Positions 9,441-21,458 of a stretch of DNA of 64,000 nt are shown piece after piece. The position numbers were made by a program, and so were the translations under genes. This DNA is from Pontiella sp. (lineage in GTDB: Bacteria > Verrucomicrobiota > Kiritimatiellia > Kiritimatiellales > Pontiellaceae): the NCBI GenBank assembly GCA_050290185.1, contig JBNKHE010000003.1, positions 224,001 to 288,000 of the forward strand. The letters are read 5' to 3'. Under the pieces are notes generated by a model. It was not told the origin of the DNA, ran no database searches, and saw only the letters and a list, made by a program, of their open reading frames with translations. Every line of letters starts with the position of its first letter. Position 1 is the stretch's first letter.

Positions 9441-9878
9441 TCAGGGCGTTTCGGCGGTTTCCAGTTCGCAGACTTTTTCAAGGGCGGCGATCGCGTTTTT
9501 CGCCTCGTAGTCCTTGAGCTGTTCGGCGAGGTCTTCCAAAACGGGGATCAGCGGAGAAACGGTTTCCATCCATTGTTTCCGTTGAACGGGGTTGTCCTTT
9601 GTCGAGCGAAGGATGCTGGCGAAAAGATTCTTCAAAGTGTCGGCCGCGTTTCGGCTGGTTTCCGGGTCGGTCAGGCAAGAGGAAAACGCATCGGTGGGAA
9701 AAGGATCCTGTTTGGTCAGAAAGGGCAGGGCCGCGATCCTGATAAAGCTGTCTTTTCCCGTTGTATCCAGAGCGACTTTTTCCGCCAGTTCGGGGTCGAC
9801 GCCGTCTTTCTTCAAGGCGATTTCGAACGCGGTTTTCCGAACAATCGGGCTAAGCGATCGATCATTGAGCAACTGCAT
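9441..9878 (-). CDS. Hypothetical helical (HEAT-like) protein, possibly a 5'-truncated remnant
   Basis: 145-aa protein-like ORF with LLND..PIVR..A and FIR.AAL patterns; no clear RBS. Confidence 0.45.
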   Translation of the reverse strand: MQLLNDRSLSPIVRKTAFEIALKKDGVDPELAEKVALDTTGKDSFIRIAALPFLTKQDPFPTDAFSSCLTDPETSRNAADTLKNLFASILRSTKDNPVQRKQWMETVSPLIPVLEDLAEQLKDYEAKNAIAALEKVCELETAETP

Positions 9879-9906
9879 GGCAAAGGGGAGGCTGGCGCCA
9901 CCGGCA

Positions 9907-9987
9907 CGGTCCCGTGTTCTGGGTGATCTACACGGTCAGAAACCGTTCCTGTGGCTGGCCGCTAAGTGGCTCGAAAAACAGAATTAA
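9907..9987 (+). pseudogene. Possible C-terminal remnant of a GH105/GH88-family glycoside hydrolase
   Basis: Reads RSRVLGDLHGQKPFLWLAAKWLEKQN*, resembling the GDLHGQAP.LW terminus I recall from GH105-type hydrolases. Confidence 0.5.
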
Positions 9988-10101
9988 TCAAGGTGAGGCT
10001 CTTCAAAATTACTATTTTTTGTTTTGCCCAGACAGAGTTCTGCTATGTTCGCCGCTGATTTGCCGAAAGAACCCATAAATTTAGGGGAAACGGAGATTTT
10101 T

Positions 10102-10977
10102 ATGAGTACAGAGACCGATGTAAGGCCGGCCCGCATTCCCGACTGGATGCGTCGTCCGATTCAGACCGATAAGGAATATGCGGAAACGCATCGCGCTTTG
10201 AAGAAAAACGGGCTGCATACCGTTTGCGAGGACGCCAAGTGCCCGAACCGCCACGAGTGCTGGAATCATGGCACGGCGACCGTAATGATTCTAGGCAACA
10301 TCTGTACACGGGATTGCCGTTTCTGTTCGATCGCCACCGGGAAGCCGGAGGGGTTGGACACCGATGAACCCCGTCGCGTGGCCGACGCTGTTGAGAAGAT
10401 GAACCTGAAACACGTGGTCATCACCAGCGTAACGCGCGATGACGTGCTGGATGGCGGGTCGGAAATCTTTGCCCAGACCATTTCGGCGGTGAAGGAGCGT
10501 GTGCCCGGAATCACAGTGGAAGTGCTGACGCCGGATTTCTGGGGGCGTAAGGAAAGTCTCTACAAGGTGCTCGATGCAGGACCGATCGTATTCAATCATA
10601 ACATTGAAACCGTGAAGCGTCTCCAACGCTCGATCCGTTCGGGCGCAACGTATGAACGCTCCATGTCGATTCTCCGTTATGCGTCGGAATACGGCGACGG
10701 CGCGATCAAGGTGAAATCGGGTATTATGCTCGGTCTTGGTGAAACCAATGAAGAGGTTTCCGAAACCATGCAGGATCTTTACGACAACGGTGTCCGGTTG
10801 CTGACGATCGGACAGTACATGGCTCCGACGCGCGACCACGCCCATACCAAGCGCTTTGTGACTCCACGGGAGTTTGTTGATTTCGAAGATGAGGCTTATC
10901 GTATTGGATTCGATGCCGTCGCATCCGGTCCGCTGGTCCGCTCGTCCTACCGTGCCGACAAGATGGTTAGCGTATGA
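10102..10977 (+). CDS. lipA: Lipoyl synthase
   Basis: CX4CX5C (CEDAKCPNRHEC), radical SAM CX3CX2C (CTRDCRFC), VITSVTRDD, FNHNIETV, C-terminal RSSY. Confidence 0.97.
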   Translation: MSTETDVRPARIPDWMRRPIQTDKEYAETHRALKKNGLHTVCEDAKCPNRHECWNHGTATVMILGNICTRDCRFCSIATGKPEGLDTDEPRRVADAVEKMNLKHVVITSVTRDDVLDGGSEIFAQTISAVKERVPGITVEVLTPDFWGRKESLYKVLDAGPIVFNHNIETVKRLQRSIRSGATYERSMSILRYASEYGDGAIKVKSGIMLGLGETNEEVSETMQDLYDNGVRLLTIGQYMAPTRDHAHTKRFVTPREFVDFEDEAYRIGFDAVASGPLVRSSYRADKMVSV

Positions 10978-11696
10978 AGCGACTCTTCCAGATGGTTGCA
11001 GTGTTCTTCCTGCTGCTTGCCGTGTGCGGCCGAGCCGAGATTGCCTCGGTTGACGCATCTTCCGCAGGTTCCGGTGTCGAAGACCAGAAACCGCATATCG
11101 GGGAGCGGATTGCTCTCCAGCTGGAAGAACGAGGCGTTAGCCGCCCTGTAGCGATTGCGGCGATTTCCACATTGCCGATTGTGGAATTGCGTGGTGCGGT
11201 GCCGGTTGGACACATTCTTTACGATACGGGTGCGCTGGAAACATCGGCAAAGGTAAAGCGATCCCTGATGGTGTATGCGGTCGCGGTTGTCGGAAACATG
11301 CTGCCCATCCCATTCATTCTCCTATTGCTGGGCCCCCTCTCGAACTTCCTGATGCGCTTCAAGCTGGGCAAGACGTTTATTGATTGGCTGTTTGCACGGA
11401 CCCGTAGCAAAAGTGCGAATATCGAGAAGTATGAAGAGCTTGGGTTGACGATTTTTGTGGCGATTCCACTACCGGTGACCGGCGCATGGACGGGGGCGAT
11501 GGCCGCTTTTCTGATGGGCTTGCCGTTTTGGAAGTCGATGCTCTTTATTCTTCTGGGTGTGATGATTGCCGGGGTGATTATGACGATTCTGTCGCTGATG
11601 GGATGGTTGGGTGCGATCATCGCCGGCACGGTATTGCTTGCATTGGTTGCAAGTGCTGTTTTAAAAAGCTTTAACAACAAAGAGGTGAAGCAATGA
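10974..11696 (+). CDS. COG2426 / small multi-drug export family membrane protein
   Basis: ISTLPIVELRGAVPVG, GNMLPIPF, FVAIPLPVTGAWTG; ATGA overlap with lipA. Confidence 0.85.
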   Translation: MKRLFQMVAVFFLLLAVCGRAEIASVDASSAGSGVEDQKPHIGERIALQLEERGVSRPVAIAAISTLPIVELRGAVPVGHILYDTGALETSAKVKRSLMVYAVAVVGNMLPIPFILLLLGPLSNFLMRFKLGKTFIDWLFARTRSKSANIEKYEELGLTIFVAIPLPVTGAWTGAMAAFLMGLPFWKSMLFILLGVMIAGVIMTILSLMGWLGAIIAGTVLLALVASAVLKSFNNKEVKQ

Positions 11697-11947
11697 CAGA
11701 TCAGGAAATCTTGGACGCCGTCAATGTGGTCATGGACGAGGAAGTCTCGCCGGCGCTGGCTTCCCATGGCGGAGGCGGAACCGTAACAAAGGTGGAACAC
11801 GGTGTGGTTTTCATCGAGCTGGAAGGCGGCTGCAAAGGATGCCCCGGCGCACGTATGACGATGAAGAACGGTATCGAGGCACTGCTTAAAGAACGGGTAC
11901 CAGAGGTAAAGGAAGTGGTCGACGATACGGATCACATGTATGGTTAG
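11693..11947 (+). CDS. NifU C-terminal (Nfu-type) Fe-S carrier
   Basis: V.PALASHGG, GGCKGCP (CXXC), TMKNGIE..LKERVPEV, DDTDH; ATGA overlap. Confidence 0.92.
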   Translation: MTDQEILDAVNVVMDEEVSPALASHGGGGTVTKVEHGVVFIELEGGCKGCPGARMTMKNGIEALLKERVPEVKEVVDDTDHMYG

Positions 11948-11977
11948 ACCTGTGGCTATGTTCCGATGCCATGCTTT

Positions 11978-12013
11978 ACGCACCGATCAGTATTCATACG
12001 TCGGTGCGTTTTT
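11978..12013 (+). terminator. Rho-independent terminator after lipA operon
   Basis: ACGCACCGA / TCGGTGCGT stem then TTTT. Confidence 0.7.
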
Positions 12014-12123
12014 GCTATGGGCTTGTGTTGTGAAATAAATTGAACCCTTAATGCCGATTTGCCAGTATCCGAGGCCGTGGAGTAGCGTTACCGCTCGCGC
12101 ACGCTCCGAGTGGAGACCCTGTA

Positions 12124-14379
12124 ATGAAAATTCTGATTGCTGAAGACAACGCATTTTCTCGAACGCTCTTGAAAAAAACTCTCGTAAAGGCGGGATACGA
12201 TGCCGTTGTTGCCGAGAATGGTGATAAGGCCTGGGAGGCGCTGCAGCAGGATGATCCTCCAAAGCTGGCGCTGATCGACTGGATGATGCCCGGCATGAGT
12301 GGCATTGAGCTGTGCCGCAAGATTCGCGAACTTGAAAATCCGATTCCGATCTATGTGATCCTGTTGACGGCTAAAACGGATAAGGAAGACGTTCTTGAAG
12401 GTTTTGCGGCCGGAGCGGATGATTTCATCAAGAAACCCTTCGACAGCGGTGAGTTGCTTGCGCGTATACAGGTGGGGCGCCGTCTTGTTGAGCAACAGGC
12501 GTTGATGCACTGTCTGATTGATTCGCTTCCCGATCCGATTTATGTGAAAGACAACCGCGGTCTGTACATTGGCTGCAACAAGGCCTACGCCGAGTTTGTC
12601 GGGTCGGATCCCAGCCATATCTATGGCCGCACGGCGGCTGAAGTACTGAAGAACGAGGTTGCGCAGAGCTTGCATATGGAGGACCTGAGGGTTCTTGCAA
12701 ATGGTGAAACGGTCGAGACCGAAGGATGGGTGGACAACGCCACAGGAAAGAAAGTCTACCACGATACCGTCAAGATACCCTATCTGGAATCCTCGGCGGG
12801 ATCTTCGGGGATGATTGGCATCAGCCGGGATTTTACCAAGCGCATAGAGATGGAGCAGGAAATGCGGCGTTTGGCGGTGGCCGTGGAGCAGTCTACCGAG
12901 TCGATCATGATCACCGATGTCAAAGGACGCATTCTGTATGTGAACGCCGCCTTTGAAACAATTTCCGGCTATTCGTCCAGCGAGGCTGTCGGCGAATCTC
13001 CGGCCCTGGTGCAAAGTGGCCAGCACGATGAGGCCTTCTACAAGGAACTGTGGACAACCATTTCGGCCGGCAATACCTGGGAAGGCCGTTTCACGAATCG
13101 TAGGAAGGATGGGGACCTTTACCATGTAGATGGGGTCATTTATCCCATCCGCGATGCGAACGACGAGGTGGTGAACTATGTGGAGATCAGTCGTGACATC
13201 ACCCAGGAAATGGCCATTGAAAAACACCTGCGCCAGCAACAGAAAATGAATGCGGTTGGCGAGCTGGCCGGCGGGGTGTCCCATGACTTCAACAATATCC
13301 TCACGGCAATTCTCGGTTACGTGGCGCTTTGTCTGAATACGGTGGAAGAGGACAGCAAGACCTACAAGTATCTGCAGGAAATCCTCAAGGCCGGAGACCG
13401 TGCGGCCAAACTGGTGCGTCAGATTCTCACCTTCAGCCGGCAAGAAGAACAGCAATTCCACGCGCTGGAGCTTCAGCCGATTATTGAGGATTCGCTCAGT
13501 CTGGTGCAAACCACCATGAAGAAGAACATTACCCTCCAAAAGGACATCGATCCGGATTGCGGCCCGATACAGGGAGATACCACACAGCTTCAGCAGGTCA
13601 TCGTCAATCTTTGTACCAATGCGGTACATGCCCTGGGTCGGGACGGAGCAGGATCATTGTCGGTTTCGCTCAAGGAAGTGGTCGCCTCGGATAAGAATCC
13701 GCTCGAGCAGGCCCTCGAACTTCCGGCGGGGCCTTACGCCTGCCTGATGGTGAGTGATACGGGTTGCGGTATGTCAGCTGAAGTACAGGACCGGATCTTT
13801 GAACCTTATTTTACCACGAAAAAATCGGGCGAGGGGACGGGGTTCGGTTTGTCCATTGTGCATGGTATCGTGCGGAAGCATCAGGGAGTCATCACTGTGC
13901 GGAGCGAGGAGGGGCAGGGCACAACGTTTACGTTGTATTTCCCGTTGCTGTCGGGAAAACCCGTTGAAGCGAAAAAGGCGAATGTAAACAGCGGGACAGA
14001 GCGCGAAACCGGTTGTGGCCGCCTGCTCTTTGTGGATGATGATCAGACCATACTTTCCATGGGGCGTGAAATTCTCGAATCCTACGGATATACCATTGTG
14101 ACCGCGACGAACGGCAAGCGGGCCATCGAGATATTCAAACAGGATCCGGATGGATTCGATGCCTTGGTGACCGACTACAGCATGCCGCAAATGAACGGTC
14201 ATGAGTTGATCCGGGAGGTCATGGCTGTTCGCAATGATATTCCTGCGATCCTTTGCAGTGGATACATGGAAAAGGTGGATGGGGAAGATCTCGGCCGGCT
14301 TGGTCATACGGCATATATGGCCAAACCGCTGGACTGGCGAGCGCTTAGCCGTACGATCCGTGAAGGGATTGGGCGGTAA
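12124..14379 (+). CDS. Cytoplasmic hybrid histidine kinase (REC-PAS-PAS-HisKA-HATPase-REC)
   Basis: N-terminal REC (IAEDN, DWMMPG), two PAS segments, [42 protein letters not shown]-terminal REC (VDDD, TDYSMP). Confidence 0.95.
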   Translation: MKILIAEDNAFSRTLLKKTLVKAGYDAVVAENGDKAWEALQQDDPPKLALIDWMMPGMSGIELCRKIRELENPIPIYVILLTAKTDKEDVLEGFAAGADDFIKKPFDSGELLARIQVGRRLVEQQALMHCLIDSLPDPIYVKDNRGLYIGCNKAYAEFVGSDPSHIYGRTAAEVLKNEVAQSLHMEDLRVLANGETVETEGWVDNATGKKVYHDTVKIPYLESSAGSSGMIGISRDFTKRIEMEQEMRRLAVAVEQSTESIMITDVKGRILYVNAAFETISGYSSSEAVGESPALVQSGQHDEAFYKELWTTISAGNTWEGRFTNRRKDGDLYHVDGVIYPIRDANDEVVNYVEISRDITQEMAIEKHLRQQQKMNAVGELAGGVSHDFNNILTAILGYVALCLNTVEEDSKTYKYLQEILKAGDRAAKLVRQILTFSRQEEQQFHALELQPIIEDSLSLVQTTMKKNITLQKDIDPDCGPIQGDTTQLQQVIVNLCTNAVHALGRDGAGSLSVSLKEVVASDKNPLEQALELPAGPYACLMVSDTGCGMSAEVQDRIFEPYFTTKKSGEGTGFGLSIVHGIVRKHQGVITVRSEEGQGTTFTLYFPLLSGKPVEAKKANVNSGTERETGCGRLLFVDDDQTILSMGREILESYGYTIVTATNGKRAIEIFKQDPDGFDALVTDYSMPQMNGHELIREVMAVRNDIPAILCSGYMEKVDGEDLGRLGHTAYMAKPLDWRALSRTIREGIGR

Positions 14380-14412
14380 AAAACATCCTGTTTTGTTTCA
14401 TTGTTCCTAAGG

Positions 14413-14428
14413 TGGCACCATAGTTGCT
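14413..14428 (+). promoter_or_regulatory. Sigma-54 (-24/-12) promoter upstream of pilT
   Basis: TGGCAC-CATAG-TTGCT matches the TGGCAC-N5-TTGCW consensus, 31 nt before the ATG. Confidence 0.75.
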
Positions 14429-14459
14429 AATCTCCATATGCAACATTTAAGGGTACTCC

Positions 14460-15947
14460 ATGAAAAAAATAGATCATATGCTCGAGGAAATGCTTAAGGA
14501 AGGCGCAAGCGACATTCACCTTTCCACCAACCATCAGCCCTGCTTCCGTATTGATGGTGAAATGCATTTTCAGCGGGGGACCGAAAAATTCACTGAAGAA
14601 GAGCTTCGCGAACTGCTTTATGAATTTACCCCTGACCGGAATATCGAGGAGCTGGAGCAAACCTGGGATACCGACTTTGCCTACGATCTGCCCGGGGCGG
14701 CCCGCTTTCGTGTAAACATTTTTTTGGACCACGAAGGTGTCGGTTGCGTCATGCGACAGATTCCTTCCCGCATTCCAACCTTTGAAGAGCTCAACATTCC
14801 GGAGGGAATTCGTGCGTTCTGCTTTATGAACAAGGGGTTGGTGATTGTTACCGGACCTACGGGAAGTGGTAAATCCACCACTCTCGCGGCCATGGTTGAC
14901 CTGATCAACCGTACGCGCCGGCAGCATTTGATCACGATTGAGGATCCGATCGAATTCAAGCACCGTTCGATGGGATGTCTGGTGAATCAACGCGAGGTGC
15001 ATGTGCATACCAAGAGCTTTGCCAGCGCCCTGCGTGCTGCTTTGCGTGAAGATCCTGATATTGTTCTCGTCGGTGAAATGCGCGACCTGGAAACCATGGA
15101 AATTGCCATTGAAACCGCGGAAACCGGCCACTTGGTTTTTGGAACGTTGCATACCAACACCGCTGCGACCACGGTTGATCGTATCATCGATAAGTTTCCT
15201 GCGGATCGGCAAAACCAGATCCGCACGATGCTTGCAGACGCGCTCAAGGGAGTGATTGCTCAAACGCTCTGCAGGCGGATTGGTGGAGGTCGAATCGCCG
15301 CTGCTGAAATTCTGGTGGTCACGCCTGCTGTGGCAGCCAATATCCGTGAAGGCAAGACGCACCAAATTCCTTCCCTTATGCAAACCGGCCGGAATGTCGG
15401 CATGTGTACGTTTGCCGATGATCTGCTTGGTCTGGTTAAACGCGGCATCATTACGCCCGAGGAAGCATACGCCAATGCGATCGATAAACCTTTCCTTAAG
15501 AAGAAATTTGAAGAGGAAAACATTGCGGTTGATCTCGAGCATTCCGCATTGGACGATGTCGAATTCAACATGGAGGCGCTGGAAGATGCCTCCAAGAGCG
15601 AGCGTGCCCGCAAGAAGTTGCACGTCAATCCGCGTGATACCGCCGCGTTGCGCGAGTTGATTCTGATTCTTGCCACCGATGAAAATCCGGATGAACGAAA
15701 TGGCCATGAGGCGCTCGAATATGCCCAGAAGCTTCTTGATGTTACCGGGCAGAACGATGCGTTGACTCTGGTACTCATCAGTGCCGCATATGCAGAGCTT
15801 CAGCACTTTACTGAAGCGACCGAGTGGGCGAAGAAAGCCCTCAAAGTGGCCAAAGCCAACAAACAAAAAGATCTGTCTACACGAATCCAGCGCTACATTA
15901 ACCTGTATAAGCGCAGTATTCCACTCCGTGGCGAAAACGAAGCATAA
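14460..15947 (+). CDS. pilT: PilT/PilU-family type IV pilus ATPase with C-terminal TPR-like extension
   Basis: ASDIHL, Walker A GPTGSGKS, Asp box TIEDPIE, ALREDPD, Walker B LVGEMRD, His box TLHT, AANIREGK; about 130 extra C-terminal residues. Confidence 0.9.
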   Translation: MKKIDHMLEEMLKEGASDIHLSTNHQPCFRIDGEMHFQRGTEKFTEEELRELLYEFTPDRNIEELEQTWDTDFAYDLPGAARFRVNIFLDHEGVGCVMRQIPSRIPTFEELNIPEGIRAFCFMNKGLVIVTGPTGSGKSTTLAAMVDLINRTRRQHLITIEDPIEFKHRSMGCLVNQREVHVHTKSFASALRAALREDPDIVLVGEMRDLETMEIAIETAETGHLVFGTLHTNTAATTVDRIIDKFPADRQNQIRTMLADALKGVIAQTLCRRIGGGRIAAAEILVVTPAVAANIREGKTHQIPSLMQTGRNVGMCTFADDLLGLVKRGIITPEEAYANAIDKPFLKKKFEEENIAVDLEHSALDDVEFNMEALEDASKSERARKKLHVNPRDTAALRELILILATDENPDERNGHEALEYAQKLLDVTGQNDALTLVLISAAYAELQHFTEATEWAKKALKVAKANKQKDLSTRIQRYINLYKRSIPLRGENEA

Positions 15948-16125
15948 GCAACGTCGATGATTCGCTGAGAGCTTGCTCTTGGTTTTCGCAGTACCGGTCT
16001 TGTTCCTTATCGTGCGCATCTGCAATCAGCAGGTGCTGTTATTATATATGGATAAAAAATAATTTACCTAAAAGGTGATCGGTATTATTATGTATTTTTG
16101 GGTTTAAACACGGAGGTACATGATC

Positions 16126-18090
<1,965 letters not shown>

Positions 18091-18165
18091 AAGCAGGAAT
18101 AGTTAGGGTTGCAAAGCAATTCCAACCGTGTAGCATGCTCCTTCTTAATTTTGTGAAGGAGCATT

Positions 18166-18387
18166 ATGGCTAAAGAAGACGTAATCGAGGCGGAAGGTGT
18201 AGTCAAAAAAGTACTGCCGGCCACCATGTACCGGGTTGAACTGGAAAATGGGCATGAGATCCTTGCGCATATTTCCGGTAAGATGCGTAAGCACTTCATC
18301 CGTATCGCCGTGGGCGATCGCGTGACCGTTGAAATTTCACCATACGACCTGGAAAAAGGACGTATCACTTTCCGTCACCGCAACTAA
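18166..18387 (+). CDS. infA: Translation initiation factor IF-1
   Basis: [10 protein letters not shown]..., [34 protein letters not shown]. Confidence 0.98.
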   Translation: MAKEDVIEAEGVVKKVLPATMYRVELENGHEILAHISGKMRKHFIRIAVGDRVTVEISPYDLEKGRITFRHRN

Positions 18388-18399
18388 CAATAAATTAGA

Positions 18400-19941
18400 A
18401 TGTCTAAGCGGAGTGTATGGGGTAGCAAGGTGGGATTCCTGCTGGCCGCCATCGGGTCGGCGGTCGGACTGGGGAACATTTGGCGCTTCGGCTACATGGC
18501 CTATGAAAACGGCGGTGGAGCGTTTCTGGTTCCTTACACGGTTGCTCTCATTGTGGCCGGGATCCCGCTCATGATTCTTGAGTATGCGCTCGGCCATCGC
18601 GAAAAATCTTCTCCACCGCTGGCATTTGCCCGGATTAATCCGCTGTGGGAACCGTTGGGCTGGTGGATGCCGGTTGTGGCGTTTTTTGGAATAAACCTGT
18701 TCTATGCCGCTGTAATCGGCTGGTGCATGAATTATTTCTGTTTCTCGCTCAACCTTTCCTGGGGGGGCGATACCGGGGCGTTCTTCATGGACCAGTTCCT
18801 GGAGGCCAGTTCAGGTCCCTTTGACTTGGGGGGGATTCGCTGGTCGATTCTGGGCACCACGGTGCTTACCTGGTTCATCGTGTGGTTTATCTGTTTCCGG
18901 GAAGTCAGTCACGGTATCGAGAAGGCCAGCATGATTTTCATGCCGCTGTTGTTTGTTCTCACGCTGGTGCTGGTGGGATGGTCCCTGCAGCTTCCCGGCG
19001 CCTTAAGCGCGATCAAGGAAAACTATCTCCATTGCGATTTCTCCAAGATCAGTCTCGCCACGGATTCAGGTCGTGCGGTGTGGGTGGCGGCATTCGGGCA
19101 GATATTTTTTACGCTCTCTCTGGGTTTCGGGATCATGATTACCTATGCCAGCTACCTGCCTAAGAAGACCGATATTGTAGGGAATGCGCTTACGACATGC
19201 GTTCTCAACTGCCTCTATTCGTTCATTACCGGTTTTGCCGTTTTTGGTACGATCGGCTATATGGCGCAGGCCAAGGGAGTTGATTTTGCCGATGCGATTA
19301 CCGGCGGACCGGGACTGGCTTTTGTCGTGTATCCGGAAGCCATCAATCAGCTTCCGGCCGGGAATCGAATTTTCGGAACCCTGTTCTTTCTTGTGCTGAT
19401 TGTGGCAGGACTCTCTTCGGCGATTTCCCTTACCGAGGCGTTTTCCTGTTCGGTTTGCGATAAATTTAAGATCAGGCGGAAAACAGCCACGTCCATTATT
19501 TGCGCAATCGGATTACTCGGCAGTGTGGTCTTCTGCACTCGTGCCGGTTTATTCATTCTCGATATTGTTGACCACTTCATTAACAACTACGCGCTGATCA
19601 TCGGGGGCATCCTGGAATGTATTCTAGTGGGATGGATCCTTAAAGCCGGAGTGATGCGAAAGCACGTCAACAGTGTTTCCAGTGTACGGCTGTGGCCGGT
19701 TTGGGACATCGTCATACGTTTTGTTACGCCGGTGATTCTGCTGATCATGGTAGGCGGAGCGCTGAAGAATGAATTCCGCGAAGCCTACGAGAACTATCCG
19801 GTAGTTGCATTGCTGTGCATTGGGGGCGGTATCCTGTTCTCCACCCGCTTGATCTCATTCATCCTCAGTCACTTCAGATGGGATCCGGTACAGTTGAAGG
19901 AGCGCCACCACGAACCGGAAGAAGATGATCTGCTCGTCTAG
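18400..19941 (+). CDS. Sodium-dependent transporter, NSS/SNF family
   Basis: W.S..GFLLAAIGSAVGLGNIWRF, NGGGAFL.PY, QIFFTLSLGFG, GPGLAFVVYP. Confidence 0.93.
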   Translation: MSKRSVWGSKVGFLLAAIGSAVGLGNIWRFGYMAYENGGGAFLVPYTVALIVAGIPLMILEYALGHREKSSPPLAFARINPLWEPLGWWMPVVAFFGINLFYAAVIGWCMNYFCFSLNLSWGGDTGAFFMDQFLEASSGPFDLGGIRWSILGTTVLTWFIVWFICFREVSHGIEKASMIFMPLLFVLTLVLVGWSLQLPGALSAIKENYLHCDFSKISLATDSGRAVWVAAFGQIFFTLSLGFGIMITYASYLPKKTDIVGNALTTCVLNCLYSFITGFAVFGTIGYMAQAKGVDFADAITGGPGLAFVVYPEAINQLPAGNRIFGTLFFLVLIVAGLSSAISLTEAFSCSVCDKFKIRRKTATSIICAIGLLGSVVFCTRAGLFILDIVDHFINNYALIIGGILECILVGWILKAGVMRKHVNSVSSVRLWPVWDIVIRFVTPVILLIMVGGALKNEFREAYENYPVVALLCIGGGILFSTRLISFILSHFRWDPVQLKERHHEPEEDDLLV

Positions 19942-20984
19942 ACGAGCGGGGGTTCTTCGCTGTCCGAAGTGCCGCTAACGGGATCGAACGCATCCTGGAA
20001 GCTTTCAATGTTTTCGGCAGCCTCGGTCGTTTGCGTAAACTTGGCGATATGAAAAACGGCCTCGCCTTCGTGTACCAGCGGAAGCCGGGTCCGGCCGATC
20101 ACAATACCCGAGACCGGACTGTCGAGACCTTCTTCATGTTCTCCGAACGGATCGCTGATGTAGGCCAGCTTTTGGCCCGCTGAAACTTTTGCTCCCAGCG
20201 TGACCAGAGAGCGGGTCACGCCGCTTTGCGGCGCCCGAACCCACTGGGTGCTTTTAGCAACAATAGGATGATGTCCCTTGCTGGAAATTCGCTTTCGGAT
20301 CATGCCGAGGTGGGACATCACATTGAGGGTTCCCGACACGCCGGCGCGGATCGAAACTTCGTCGAAGCGCAGGGCTTCGCCGGCTTCGTAGACCAGGCTG
20401 GGGATGCCGCAATGGTGCGCTGCTTCGCGCAGCGTTCCAGGGCGAAGTCCGAGATCGAGCACCACTGGCGTATTGAAGGCATGGGCCATTTCCGCCAGTT
20501 CTGTGTTGCCATTGAAGCATCCGCGGATCTGGGGCAGGTTCTCTCTGCCAATGGCACCCGTGTGCAAGTCGACTAGATGGGTGCATGCCGGCAGTATTTC
20601 GGTCACCAGAAGATTCGCCAGCCGGGCTGCCATAGAACCTTTGGGGGAGCCTGGAAATGAGCGGTTAAGGTCGCGGCGGTCCGGGAGGTAGCGTGATTGC
20701 CCGACAAAACCGAATACATTGACCACAGGAATTAGAATCAAGGTTCCCTTAATGCGGTTTAGTGACTTGTTGCCCAGCAGCCGGCGGATGATTTCAACGC
20801 CGTTGAGTTCGTCGCCATGAATCGCGGATGTCACCAGCAGGCTTGGGCCGGGATGCCGCCCGCGTACCACATGGATCGGCATGGTGGTTGGGGAATGGGT
20901 ATAAAAATAGGGCAGGGGGAGGTGGATGGTTCCGCGCGTTCCCGCTGCAACGGGCTGACTGCCGATGGATAATGGTGTTTGCAT
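19938..20984 (-). CDS. Succinylglutamate desuccinylase/aspartoacylase (M14 ASTE/ASPA-like) family protein
   Basis: AIHGDELNG, DLNRSFPG, VDLHTG, YEAGEALRFD, C-terminal lipoyl-like W.RAP.SG. Confidence 0.92.
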   Translation of the reverse strand: MQTPLSIGSQPVAAGTRGTIHLPLPYFYTHSPTTMPIHVVRGRHPGPSLLVTSAIHGDELNGVEIIRRLLGNKSLNRIKGTLILIPVVNVFGFVGQSRYLPDRRDLNRSFPGSPKGSMAARLANLLVTEILPACTHLVDLHTGAIGRENLPQIRGCFNGNTELAEMAHAFNTPVVLDLGLRPGTLREAAHHCGIPSLVYEAGEALRFDEVSIRAGVSGTLNVMSHLGMIRKRISSKGHHPIVAKSTQWVRAPQSGVTRSLVTLGAKVSAGQKLAYISDPFGEHEEGLDSPVSGIVIGRTRLPLVHEGEAVFHIAKFTQTTEAAENIESFQDAFDPVSGTSDSEEPPLV

Positions 20985-21458
20985 AGCGTCGTTTTATGTT
21001 TTTTAGACCTTGTGGATAAAATTTGATTCGGTTGCAACCATGTTTTCTTCAAATCTTAGCGATGGTTAGCCAGTACTTTCATGCTGTCCTTCAGATCTGA
21101 GTGAACGAAAATGCGTCATCCTTCAATTGCGTGCATCCATCCTCCTCTGTTGTTGTTTTTATCGTTCAAATCCATCGAGATGTACAAGCTTTATGAGCGC
21201 AGTGCTATTTCGGTTTGGATTCTTTCTTGTTTCGTGAATTGTGATTACATTTTCATTCCATGGAATGCCTTCTTCCTTTTTGGTACGGAGAGGATGGCAG
21301 TTTTCTCTTTTGCATGGGATCCAGCAATGGAGTTAATTCAGCTTAATCAAGGGGATATAATGCATATTTGAAATATTTCGGTTGTGTTTTCACAATAACA
21401 TGTTTTTATTTCCGTTAGTGGTCGGAAAAGATTTCTGTAGAAGCATAAAGGAGAAGAT

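Noticed and set aside
21011..21019. Perfect DnaA box (TTATCCACA on the minus strand) in an AT-rich gap
   Set aside because: Single box, no cluster, no dnaA/dnaN context; another copy falls inside a CDS at 26374, consistent with chance
21111..21371. 86-aa plus-strand ORF in the AT-rich gap
   Set aside because: No RBS or motif and atypical composition; likely spurious
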